In this document: in pieces, positions 20,896-31,300 of the stretch
Numbering within the stretch: position 1 is the stretch's first letter
Layout of the letters: the number at the start of each line of letters is the position of its first letter
Assembly (NCBI GenBank): GCA_963749495.1
Contig: CAVVMW010000023.1
Location: forward strand, 736,001-800,000
DNA length: 64,000 bases
DNA from: an uncultured bacterium
GTDB taxonomy: Bacteria > Verrucomicrobiota > Verrucomicrobiia > Limisphaerales > UBA8199
Direction of reading: 5' to 3'
Made by a program: the position numbers and the translations under genes
Notes under the pieces: model-generated
The model's database searches: none
Told to the model about the DNA's origin: nothing
What the model saw: only the letters and a program-made list of their open reading frames with translations

Positions 20896-21485
20896 CGCCG
20901 AGGCAAGCCGGGTTCAGGCGCAAGCTCCGCTCCTCAGGCAACAACCGGCCCAACACCAAAATGAAGAACCGATACAAGAGGTCCATCGCCGGCCGGGTCA
21001 GCCCGGATACCGGAAGGCCATTGAAGCGAATCCCAAGGCTGGATGCATAAAACAGCTTGAGAAGCTGACCGGTGGACCGGTCGTGTTGCCTGAAAAACCA
21101 AGACCCAGACCGATCAGGGAACGCATTCACTGTAAGCGGCTGACGATGTTCCACCTCGGGTGCCTCGGGCGCGGCAGCACTCCCAACGAGGTGCGCGTAT
21201 TGGGATACCTGGCGGGATAGAAAGACTCAGACCCCAGCCGACTTGAAAGCGTGTTCGCGCACCTGCTTGCCGGTACGCAGTAGATGCGAAATAGCCGGTT
21301 GTATTCGCAAAAGTCCTTGCAGGCGTCTGCGGACGAGCTGGTTGCAAGCGCCTTCAAGCTGTTTGCCTGATTACAGCGCCTTTCCCACACCTTTCCTGAA
21401 GGCACGAGATACAAGGCATCTCGTCATGGAGACGCATTGTCCTGTCTGACTGATGCCGGCGGGAGCTCGAAAGAAAGGTAACTAC

Positions 21486-22905
21486 TCAGGGCGTTTTGGA
21501 TCCCACCGGCAGAAAGGGATGACCGTCGAGGGTGTTGCGGAGGTGTTCGAGCACCGGCAGGCCGTGCTTGCGCAGGGTCGCGATGTAACTACGGATGCGT
21601 GCGTGACAACGGGCGCCTTCCAGAGTGCGAAAGCAGCCAGATATCTCCACCCGGACCTTGATCATGCGGAAGTCGCGTTCGGCTTCGTTGTTGGTAAAGG
21701 GCAATGTGAAGTTCGACAGGAATGCCAGAATGCATTCATCGCAGCCCTGGAGCCGATCCAATAAGTTCTGTTCTTTGGATTGCTTGGGGCGCTTTTTCTT
21801 CATTTGCTCCGGGGTGAGCGGATTGGCTTGGCGGCCAGCGCGTATTACCTTCCTGTATTGCTGATACCACCGGTCCACCTCGGCTGGCGTCAAGGGTGCA
21901 TCCCGAGCCTTTCGATCCTTGACGCACTTCAACATCTCCAGGAAGAGGTCGTAAAGGTCTTTGGCCCATTGTTGGTGGTGTTGCTCAAAGAGGAACACCA
22001 ATTCGCGCATCAGGTGGCTTTTGCAGAAGGTGTGAAGGCAGTTCTCAAAGGTTAAGTAGCTGGCGTGGAAGTCATGCATCAACCAACCCTTGAATCGGGG
22101 GATGACGCCCATGGCTTGCATCGCCTCTTTGCCTCGGGTGAGTTGGACGCTCAAAAACGTCAGCAGGGGCGTGCAAATGACGTGCAGCCAATGGGTGACC
22201 TTGTTGATGGGCACGCTGGTTTCGTCGCCGTGGAGAATGGGTTCTTGGGGCAGGATTTCCACCAGGCGCTCTTCAAAAGGTTGCAGCCCCTGGTATTGTT
22301 CTTGGCGAGCGCTTTGCAGGGTGCCTTCACTGACGGCAAAGCCGAACATCTCCTGGCCCATTTCGCGGATGCGGCGGCTGGCCCCCTCTTGGGCGTCGTA
22401 GAGGTAGGTCAGCAAGGCGCGAAAGTTCTTCCCGTATTGGACCGGGGCTTTAATGTCGAGCGGAAAATCAGCCCGGCAGGTTCGCCCGCAGATGGGGCAC
22501 TCTTTGATTTCAGACTCGATGCTCGGTGCATTCCAAGGTCAGCGTGGGCAAGTCGAAGACTTGGCGAGGCTCAAAATCCACCGCCGGTTCCTGGGAAAGA
22601 TCCTCGCCGCACCCACACTCCAGCAGCGGATGAATCTGGATGTGCTTGGGCTTTTGGCTGGGTTGGAGGGTGCGACCGGGATGGCCGGGTTGACCGCCGG
22701 AGGGGCGCCCGGACTTTTTTCGCAGGCTCTTGGGTTTGGGCTTTTCGGGGCCGTCCGTGGAAGGAGGGCGCGAACTGTTACCGCTATTCTGGGAGGCCGC
22801 GTCCCGCAGGCGGGCATTCTCGGCTTGTAACTCCAAAGTGTAGTCAACCAATCCAGCCAAGTCGGCCCGGCCCAACGCCATGAGCCCGTTGCGGTCTTTA
22901 ATCAC
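21486..22905 (-). CDS. IS66-family transposase with a +1 frameshift near 22513
   Basis: NSGNSSRPPSTD, GGQPGHPG, LHGDET, LMHDFHASY, CKSHLMREL, FTNNEAERDFRMIKV. Confidence 0.88.
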
Positions 22906-23785
22906 AGAGTTGGCCAGGCACATCTGCAGTTAAAGGATAAAGGTAAATGTCCTTGCAAGGCGCATGGACCTGATTGTCCCGGTGCCGCTCATTCTGGCGG
23001 GTTCGTCCGCGGGTTTGGCCCACCCGAATCCAGTTGGCCGCCTGGTAAGCGGTGCCCCGGAAGCGGTCCGGTTGCACAAAGGTCTCCAGCAGGTAAAGAC
23101 GATGATGGTAGCGCGCTTGCCAGTCGGCATCGATCCGCTGGGCGATTCGACCAAGAATGTGGCTGGCCAGACGCTGGACTCCAACCCAAGGCAAAATCAG
23201 GAACCGGCTATTGTTGGCGATCAACGGCAAGCCGGCAGCCCGTTGCTGGGCCGACCAACCGATCCACCGATCGCGAGGCGCGCACTGCCAGGCCGCCGCT
23301 CCAAAGAGCAGGCACGCCAGATCCGCTCCCGCGCAACTCCTAATCAAATAGCCCAGGTTCTCCCCAACTGGGCCGCCATAGCTCAGGTAATGGTGCCGGG
23401 CCAAATACCGCTGAAACCGAGGATAGTCCGGATGCCTGGGGCGGACCACTTGCACCTCCAGGGGCAGCAGCGAAGACAAGTCCGCCCGGATCGGCTCAGG
23501 AACCACTGAGTCAAAAAGCTCGAAACTCAGCAGCGGACCTCGTCCAACCGGCATTCGCCGGCGTTCCGGCAGTGCAATGAGTTGGCGCCGCTGCAGCTTG
23601 AGTAACAGCGTCCGAGCCGCCATGTCTTTGAGCTGGCCGGAGGCCGAATACCATTGCCATCGCTGAGCCAACACCTGCGACAAGCGCCAGCGGCTCCAAA
23701 GCGGATGGGCCTCAATCAAGGCCCTAATCTCTCCGATCTGGACGTTACTGATTTTGCGGCCTTGAATGATTTCGGCTTCGAGCAC
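22898..23785 (-). CDS. DUF4338 (DruA-like domain) protein inside the IS66 element
   Basis: HHYL...GENLGY, RDRWIGW, NNSRFLILPW, LETFV...FRGTAYQAANW. Confidence 0.85.
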   Translation of the reverse strand: MLEAEIIQGRKISNVQIGEIRALIEAHPLWSRWRLSQVLAQRWQWYSASGQLKDMAARTLLLKLQRRQLIALPERRRMPVGRGPLLSFELFDSVVPEPIRADLSSLLPLEVQVVRPRHPDYPRFQRYLARHHYLSYGGPVGENLGYLIRSCAGADLACLLFGAAAWQCAPRDRWIGWSAQQRAAGLPLIANNSRFLILPWVGVQRLASHILGRIAQRIDADWQARYHHRLYLLETFVQPDRFRGTAYQAANWIRVGQTRGRTRQNERHRDNQVHAPCKDIYLYPLTADVPGQLCD

Positions 23786-23895
23786 GCGCCCAGATTACCA
23801 GGTGGATTTGGGGGAGTCCCGTACAAAATCAAAGTATTTTGCGGCCTCTCTCTCTCTCCGCCGCTGTTCACCCGGCCCCGCTCGGACCTGAGTAG

Positions 23896-26800
23896 TTACT
23901 CGGTGAGAGACTCAATGTGGGTCTTGGTGCAAGCTACCAATTGGTTCAACTGGGAAACGTTGAGGCTCGCGCCGGGGCGATTGGCGTTGAGAAAGGTTCG
24001 AGCCTCGTTGGCGCAGTTACCCCATTTGATTCGGGTTTCAACACCTTTCACCACGACATCAACGCGTTGTTCGAGGGCGAGGCCCTGTTGCGGGAGATTC
24101 AGGGTGGCAAGGTTCCCTTTGACGAGGCCCATGCGGTGTCTGGAGTCGCCAATTTTGGCGAAGTCAATTTCGTCCTGTTTTTCGAGCCAGCGGGGGAAGA
24201 ACTGGATAACGGCCTGGCGGCACTGTTCGATCATCGGTTCGACCAGCTTAAACTGTTCGGGAGTCCAGGCTTTGGGACTCTGTAGCATCTCGGAGTGAAG
24301 TTTGTGAAAGGCTTCGCCCCAGCGACTGAGGTTCCCCGCATTTTTGTGCTCATAGGCGTCATCGTAGTCGGAATGGAGCTTTGAGCATTTCTGCTCCCAG
24401 CGTTCGAGGGACGCCTTGGCCTGCGAGGTTTGAAGCTCCAGGAGTTGATGGCGGTCGAAAAGGAACCCGGGAATCTGGACGGAGTTGCGGAGGGTGGCAG
24501 CCTTTTTGCCCCAGTCAACTTTATCAACGTGTGTCTGGGCGGCTTCCCACTCAGCGAGCAGTCTTTCCCACGCGTCGGATTCAATCTTTTTGACGAGGCG
24601 GAGATGGGTTTCGTCGAGGACATCGAGCTGCAGAAGGCTTCGGTTACCGAAAGCCTGAGATATCCAAGCGGAGGGATTGGTAGCTTTGCCGCTGAGCGTG
24701 AAGGCGAGTTTATCGCGGCGAGCGCTGATGAACAGGCCAAGGAGGAGGCCGGCGGAGGCGAGGTTGCAGCCGAAGGGGGGCAGGCAGAGGTTACGAATCT
24801 CCTGGCCCAGGGCGAGTCCGTGGTTTTTGTCGAGGGACTCCTGCAAGGCGCGGAAGATAGAGGCGGCCTCCCTGTGCTTGGGGAGGAGTTGGACATGGCC
24901 GTCCGGGCCGATTACATCCCAGCCGCTGGCGAGAAGGAGAGCTCGGGCGCGGTTCTGCATCTGGGCTGGCCGGGCCTGTATCCAATCGTGGGTGAGGTCT
25001 CCCTGGAAAAGGGCGATAGTGAGTTCGCGGCAGTCGCGGGCGGCGTTGCCCTGGGTCGTCTGATAGCCATCGAAGGGGAAGCAAAGGGCGTGGGGATAGA
25101 GAGCCTGGAAGAGACTGGCACCAAAGGCGTCGAGGCGAGCGGGCTGGATGGCGACGTTGGAATGGCAAACGTAGGAACGCTCCTTGATGCGGTCGGCGAT
25201 TTCGTTGGTGAGTTCGTCGAGGAGCTGGCTCTCGCGCTCGGCGATGAAGTTGGTGAACTGGGCGACCTCGGGGGTGCCGGCGGTGTTCTTGAGAACGACC
25301 CACTCGGCGATAGCGCTTGCGAGGTCGCCGGATTTGTCGTGCAGGAGGACGGCGAAGATAGGGAGGGTCTTCCAGTTGCGGCCTTTGTCGGCGGCCAGTT
25401 CGGCGAGGGTAGTGCGGACGGTTACCTGGGTGTCCTGGATGTCGTCGTCGGGGCCGACGTAGCAGAAGATGACGCGGCCACGGGCGGTTTCAACATCGAA
25501 GGCTTGCGACCAGTCGGTGTAGGCTTCACGCAGGTGCTGCGGGAGGAGCTGGGGGCAGGAGCAAGCAGCTTCAAAGCGCCACTCCTTGGTTTGAATGCGG
25601 AGTTCCTCGGCGAAGGCGGGTTTGATCTCACCCAGATGGGATGACCAGCTTTGGCCGTAGCTGGCAAAGAGTTCCCCGAGTTGTTCGGGGGTGATGGAAC
25701 CGATCTTCTCGCGGAGCCATTTATCGAAGGCAGCGCGGGGGACAGCGTCCCCGATAATCTCGTATCTGTTGGCGCGGGCGTTCCAGCCGATGACTCCGTA
25801 GTCGGCGGTAAGTTTTTGGAGGGCGCGGTTGGTGTCGTGGGAGGAGGTTCCCGCGAGCATGGTGAGGGCCTGGTTGGCCTCGCTCTGGGCGCCCACACGG
25901 AGGCCGATCTTACTGGAGATGAGAATGGCGCGGAGGAGGTGGTCCTCCTGGGGCGTGAGATTGTGCTCGTAACGATCGCGTACGGCCATGAAGGCGTGGG
26001 CGATGGCGGCTTGTTGGCCGTAGCTTTCGGCGCCGATGAGCTCTTTGACGACGGCGTCGGTGCAGACGGTCGCCGCGGACAGGGACCAGGGTTGGCCGTC
26101 GGGGACTGCGGCCGTACGGTGAAGGGAGATAGCGTCTTCGAGAAGGGAGACGGCGGAGCGTTGCTGGAGGGATTTCCCTACGGAGGCCAGGCGATAGAGG
26201 AACCAGGTAGCGGCTGGGTGGAGCGGCCAGCACCCTTCCTTGACGATCTTGGCAAACCGGGCCGGGTCGCACCACAGCGCATGGTCTTCCCAGCCTGGGA
26301 GCCATTTCCGCATGAGGGCGAAGTGGGGGTCGTCGGTTTTGGTGGCGTCGGCGGCCGTCTGAATAGCGGGAGGGTTGCGCTTCTCGATCAGGCTAGCGAA
26401 GATGGTTTCGAGGTTGGTGGAGAGGTAAACCTTGCGGGCGGTGTCGAAGCGGCCGATGTAGCGATTGATTTCGTCGCGATGATCCTGGGCGACGCGAGCG
26501 ATGTAAGCTTTAAGCTCGTGCTGGATGAAGCAGAGGAGGTGGAGGCAATGGGGGTTGGCCTGGACGCCCTCGAAAAGCTGCTGGAGGCCGGCGCTGCCGG
26601 CGATGTGAGGTCGTTCGACGGCGAACTCGAGGTAGCGACCGAACTCGTCGAAAATGATCAGGAGGCCTTGGAAGGGGCCATCCTTGCCACAATACGCGGT
26701 GGCGACAACGGCGAGGAGATCCTGAAGGGACTCGCGGCCGACGGCGCTGATGGCTACGCCGTTGGCCTCTTCAAAGACCTGGTTGACGACCTTGAAGGCG

Positions 26801-27480
26801 TGTTCGTCGCCCTGGCCGAGGCGGGCGACGAGTTCCTTCTTGGAAAGGTCCGCACCGAAGTGGGCGGAAAAATCCTTCCGGTACAAGTCGAAGCTCCGCT
26901 GGACGAACTTCTCGGCGGCTTTGAAGCGGGGCCGCAACTCCTCGATGGGAGTGGTATCAAGGTTAAGGGCGCGCAAGCGCAGGAGAAGCAGCTCGGTAAT
27001 CCTGGAGGCAAGGTCGAAGTTCTCCATGCCGTTGATGGCGAGGACGAGGAACGGCTTGGCGTGGTGCTGGAGGTCGTGGCGGATTTCCTCGGCCAGAGGC
27101 TTATCAACGGTGCGGATATTGTCGAGAATCCGTTTGGATTCGGGGCCGCTTGGATCGCCAAAGAGAGTGGCCAGAGTGAGGCCAAGATGGGATTTGCCAG
27201 TGCCGTAACCGGCAATGGCGAGGGTGAAGGGGTTGTCAGCGGCGGCGTCTTTAGCGAAGGAGCGGACGACGTCGCGGGTGAAGGTGGCGGTATCGGTGAG
27301 GCGGTGGTCGCGGGCGGCCCCGAGGTCCTGTTGAGCAACGCCATGGTAGGACGGGCCGTGGAAGACGAAGCTAGAGGCGGCCTGTTTGGTGCGGGGTTGG
27401 TCGGTGTAAAACCAACTGATTTGAACAGCGCCTTCAAACAGCTGCTCCCGGCGGAAGGCAACGAGATCGGCGAGTTTCAT
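23896..27480 (-). CDS. Large P-loop ATPase (SspC/BrxC-like), C-terminus truncated by the IS66 element
   Basis: Walker A AGYGTGKSH, Walker B IIFDEFGRYLE, WPLHP; stop codon comes from the IS end. Confidence 0.75.
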   Translation of the reverse strand: MKLADLVAFRREQLFEGAVQISWFYTDQPRTKQAASSFVFHGPSYHGVAQQDLGAARDHRLTDTATFTRDVVRSFAKDAAADNPFTLAIAGYGTGKSHLGLTLATLFGDPSGPESKRILDNIRTVDKPLAEEIRHDLQHHAKPFLVLAINGMENFDLASRITELLLLRLRALNLDTTPIEELRPRFKAAEKFVQRSFDLYRKDFSAHFGADLSKKELVARLGQGDEHAFKVVNQVFEEANGVAISAVGRESLQDLLAVVATAYCGKDGPFQGLLIIFDEFGRYLEFAVERPHIAGSAGLQQLFEGVQANPHCLHLLCFIQHELKAYIARVAQDHRDEINRYIGRFDTARKVYLSTNLETIFASLIEKRNPPAIQTAADATKTDDPHFALMRKWLPGWEDHALWCDPARFAKIVKEGCWPLHPAATWFLYRLASVGKSLQQRSAVSLLEDAISLHRTAAVPDGQPWSLSAATVCTDAVVKELIGAESYGQQAAIAHAFMAVRDRYEHNLTPQEDHLLRAILISSKIGLRVGAQSEANQALTMLAGTSSHDTNRALQKLTADYGVIGWNARANRYEIIGDAVPRAAFDKWLREKIGSITPEQLGELFASYGQSWSSHLGEIKPAFAEELRIQTKEWRFEAACSCPQLLPQHLREAYTDWSQAFDVETARGRVIFCYVGPDDDIQDTQVTVRTTLAELAADKGRNWKTLPIFAVLLHDKSGDLASAIAEWVVLKNTAGTPEVAQFTNFIAERESQLLDELTNEIADRIKERSYVCHSNVAIQPARLDAFGASLFQALYPHALCFPFDGYQTTQGNAARDCRELTIALFQGDLTHDWIQARPAQMQNRARALLLASGWDVIGPDGHVQLLPKHREAASIFRALQESLDKNHGLALGQEIRNLCLPPFGCNLASAGLLLGLFISARRDKLAFTLSGKATNPSAWISQAFGNRSLLQLDVLDETHLRLVKKIESDAWERLLAEWEAAQTHVDKVDWGKKAATLRNSVQIPGFLFDRHQLLELQTSQAKASLERWEQKCSKLHSDYDDAYEHKNAGNLSRWGEAFHKLHSEMLQSPKAWTPEQFKLVEPMIEQCRQAVIQFFPRWLEKQDEIDFAKIGDSRHRMGLVKGNLATLNLPQQGLALEQRVDVVVKGVETRIKWGNCANEARTFLNANRPGASLNVSQLNQLVACTKTHIESLTE

Positions 27481-27492
27481 AGGTATGACGTT

Positions 27493-28326
27493 CTAAACGA
27501 GATCCTGATAGATGGTGGGCCAGACCTCGGCGGAAGGGCAGAGGCGGGTGATGACCCAGGGGCGAAGCTGGCGGTTAACATCAACGAAGCCGCGTTCCTG
27601 GATAAGCGCCAGCAGGTGGTCGCATTGAGCGGAGGACCAGCCGCCGACATCCTGCCAGTTGGAGGCCGATTGAAGGTCGTTGGCGGCGACCTCGCGCTGG
27701 TCGGGGAAATGGATTTCGAGGAGAGCGAGCAGCCAAGCGGCGTAGCCTGTGAGGAACTCGTTGGAAATGGGGGCAGGGTTGCGGCGGTAGGGTGCGTTTT
27801 CGGCGGTGGACAGCAGGCGGGTATCGAGGAGGGCGGCAGTGTCGGTATAGGTGCGAAAGAGCGGGCCGACAAGGGAGGTCTGAAGCTGGCCGCCGGACTG
27901 GTCCTGGAGGAATTGTTCGACCTGGGCCGGGTCGAGGGAATCGCCGAGAATGGGGCAACCTTTGACAAAAGTGAGAAACCAAGCCTCGGCGCCGGCATCG
28001 GGGCGGCAGAGGTGAAGGTGAGCGAGCCACTGGGAGAGTGGAAGCTTGAGGAACTTGTCTTCGAGAAAGACGACGCGGCCGAAGTGGGTCAGGCGGGGAG
28101 ATTTGATGGCTCCGCGTTTGCCGGGGAGCGTAACCAAGCCCATCGCGCAGCAATAATCGAGTATGGCTGGAGTTTTGCCATCGCTCTTGCCCATGGGAAT
28201 TCCCGTCTGAGTGGAGATCTCCTGGATGGTGCCACTCTTCTCAGAGGCGGCTAACGAGAGCATGGCCGTGAGGTAAATCCTTTCGGGGACAAACGTGCGG
28301 TGGAAGCTGAACGGCAGACGCGGCAT
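27493..28326 (-). CDS. DUF4007-like (SspB-like) protein, second copy
   Basis: FSFHRTF N-terminus, YCCAMGL, LTHFGRVVFLEDKFL...SQWLAHLHL...AW, matching the DUF4007 layout. Confidence 0.65.
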   Translation of the reverse strand: MPRLPFSFHRTFVPERIYLTAMLSLAASEKSGTIQEISTQTGIPMGKSDGKTPAILDYCCAMGLVTLPGKRGAIKSPRLTHFGRVVFLEDKFLKLPLSQWLAHLHLCRPDAGAEAWFLTFVKGCPILGDSLDPAQVEQFLQDQSGGQLQTSLVGPLFRTYTDTAALLDTRLLSTAENAPYRRNPAPISNEFLTGYAAWLLALLEIHFPDQREVAANDLQSASNWQDVGGWSSAQCDHLLALIQERGFVDVNRQLRPWVITRLCPSAEVWPTIYQDLV

Positions 28327-28336
28327 GGGGAAAGGG

Positions 28337-31300
28337 TTAGGTGGTGTGGACGGTCACGCGGGACTCGATGGGAGCGATCAAGATGCGGAACTGTTTTGTC
28401 TCCAATACCCCAGCCTGGCTGAGAGAGGGCCCGACGGAATAGCATTCGCCCTTCTTCAATTTAGAGAGGTGCTGGACCCAGACTTCGGATTTCTCGCCAG
28501 TGGAATTGGCGAGGATGGCGGCATATTCCTGAAGTTCGGTCTCGGCAGGACGGAAAAAGAGCTTGTGGGCAGCCTGGAACATGCGGTCTTGTTCATCCTG
28601 CTTTAGGTTACTGAGGGTCTGGGTAGCGAGAATGAGTGCGAAGCCGAACTTGCGACCCTCGGTGAGGAGACCGCCGACGGGGCTGTCGAGTTTGTGGCTG
28701 AGGTTCTGGGCTTCGTCGAGGACGACAACTTTGGGCCGGTCTTTGCCGCCGGAACCGCGATAATACCAATAAAGGTCAATGAGCGAGAACTCGGTGACGA
28801 GGCGAGCGAAATCCTTACTGGAGCCAACCAGTTGCAGGATGTGGCAGCGGGAGAGGTGATCCGAATACCAGGCGTCCCAGCTCCCGACTTTTTCCTGACC
28901 GAAGGGGGTAGCGTCCACGAAGGGTTGGATTTTGCTGAGGACGGAGGCGGCAAAGGATGACTGGGCAGATTCCTCGTCGATCGTGGCTTGGAGCATTTCT
29001 GGCAACTTGTCGAGGCACATCTTGTCGCCGTAGGCTTCGATGCCAGCCTTGACGACGGAGTAAAGGGCGCTTGTCTGTTGATCGCCCATATTGTAAACGT
29101 CACCGAAAACGTCCTTGATGCGCTGGGCAGTGTTGACGATTTTCTCCGGCTGCGGGGTGTTGCCGATGAGGTTAACCTGGCGACGGAAGGGATTGATGGG
29201 GACGGGCTCGAACTGAACGCGATGCTGAGTAGGGTTGAGAAAGTCGCGGCTTGCGGTTCTCAAGTTGATTATCCTCGAAGCCATTGGTGTAGTCCACGAT
29301 GAGGGAGTTTTGGCCGGCCTTAGCCAGCTCGCAGAGGATGGCCTGAATAGCGTAGGTCTTGCCCATGCCTGAGCTGCCGAAGATGAGGAGGTGGCGGTTG
29401 GACAATTGGGGGTGACCAAACTCCCAATAGACGAGACGACTGCCGGTGGAATCTTTGCCGAGATACAACCGTTGAGGGATGGGAGGTGAGGGTTGAGTGA
29501 TGCTCTCTGGTGATGTGTGAGGCTTAGGGCCAGGCGCTTGGGGCGTGACGGGGGCCGCCGGCGCTGGGGCAGCGGGGGCTGGACCTGGCGCCTCGGGAGC
29601 GGGCGGAGGGGTGGGCGGCTTGGGTTCAGCCTGCCAACCGGCGAGGCAAAGGGGTTGATTGCTTGAGGGGAGAACCGGGGAGATGGTGCCGGCGCAAAGG
29701 TTGCGGATGAGGTGGCAACCGGTGGCGACGTTATCAATACGCATGGTCTGGCCTTCGAACTCGAAATCCCAGCCGTCCTCCAAGGTGCAAACCGCGTCGT
29801 TGCGATCGCACCAGAAGGTAACGGCGGTGGCTTGCCAGCAGATGCTGAAGTAGCCCTCGGTAAGTTTTTCGAGAGCGGCGATGGTCTTGGCCTGGTCGGG
29901 CTGTTTGACCTGGCTCTTGCTGGCAATAAGCCGATGGAGTTGGAGCCACCAGTAGCGTTGGTCGGGTCTTTGGCGTTTGCGATCGGATTCTTGGGTGCGC
30001 GGGCGAAAGCAGGCGATGAGATGGCGGAGGCCGTTGTCGAGCCTGCTCGTGGGCCTTGATTACGTGATCTTCGTTTTGAAGGGCCAGTTTACATTCAATC
30101 AAGTGAGCGGTCAGGTGAATGCGGTCGTCCACGATACGGGCGCGCAGGTGGAGGAGGTCCGGACGCTTGGCCAAAGGGGTGTCATCGAACCAGTGGCGGA
30201 AGGCGTCGAGGGAGACGATTTGGTCGCACACGACATCCTTGTCCTGGGGAATGAGTTTGCGGATGAGGGCATAGGCAACGTAATCACGGATGTACTCACT
30301 GGCGCCGGTGGCTTTGACGAGGGACAGGCCGGAAACCCAGCGAGACTGGGCGAGGACACTTTCAGCGATGATGTCATTGTTGTCGGTCTCCCAGGGACCG
30401 AGCAACTCGCCGACTTGAAGGGCGATTTTGGAACGTAAGTCCGCGAGGTGGAAAAACTCGGTGGAGATAGTGTAGTTATGCTCGCCGTGGGCGCCGACGC
30501 CGGTGCCAAAGCCGATGATTTCGCGCTGCCATTTACCCTGGACGAGCTTGCCGACCAAGCGTTCGTCCACGCAGGGTCAATGCATACCACCCAGGCACTG
30601 CGGCGGTGGAACTCATCCACCGCCCTTTCCCAAACAGTGAAGTCGCCGATGCCAAGGACAACGTGGTGAAGGCCAGGGGCTTTATCCAATTTCAGACGGG
30701 CCATGACCTCGGCGTGGAGGGTGGAGAGACGGAACTGCCGATTGCTGATGACGCGTTCGCGGCGGTTGCGGTAGGCAGGTTTTTCGAGAGCGCAGCAGAC
30801 TTTCTCGAGGATGGGGAACTTGCGCCGGTTGTCCATCTCCTCGTAAGGCGTGATGAGGGTAAAGTCGTTTCCGTCTTTGCCGGCGCCGATGAAGTTCATC
30901 AGGAAGACAAGGTCCGCCTCGAAGGAATTGGCGAGGATCTTGACCAACTGATCGTAGTTTTTATCGGGGGTAATGATGCGGTGAGCGACAGAGATGTCGC
31001 ATTGAGCGTAGTGGCTGAACTTGGGGTTAGCGGCGGCCGAGTTCCAGCGGTCGCGCCATTCCTCGATCCACCGGACAACGTCGGTATCGTCGGAGGTTTC
31101 CGAGAAGACGGTGACTGCGAGATGATAGATACCGGCGGTAGCTGGGGAGTCGGCGTCTGGCACGATCAGGCCGCGGACGAAGGCATCAAGTCCAGCAACC
31201 AGTGGTTGGATGTCGCCGCCGCAGTAAGCGGCGATGCGGATGCCATCTTTGGCCTGGGGATGAAGTTGACGATAATCATCGAGGGTGCGTTCGATGAGGA

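Larger units (their letters stand above)
21478..23899 (-). mobile_element. IS66-family element carrying a DUF4338 gene
   Basis: Perfect 13-bp terminal IR GTAACTACTCAGG at 21478-21490 and 23887-23899; GTAA ends are typical of IS66; no target duplication. Confidence 0.88.

Noticed and set aside
22898..23785. Druantia defence system
   Set aside because: The DUF4338 gene lies inside IS ends and no DruE-like helicase or other Dru genes are present.
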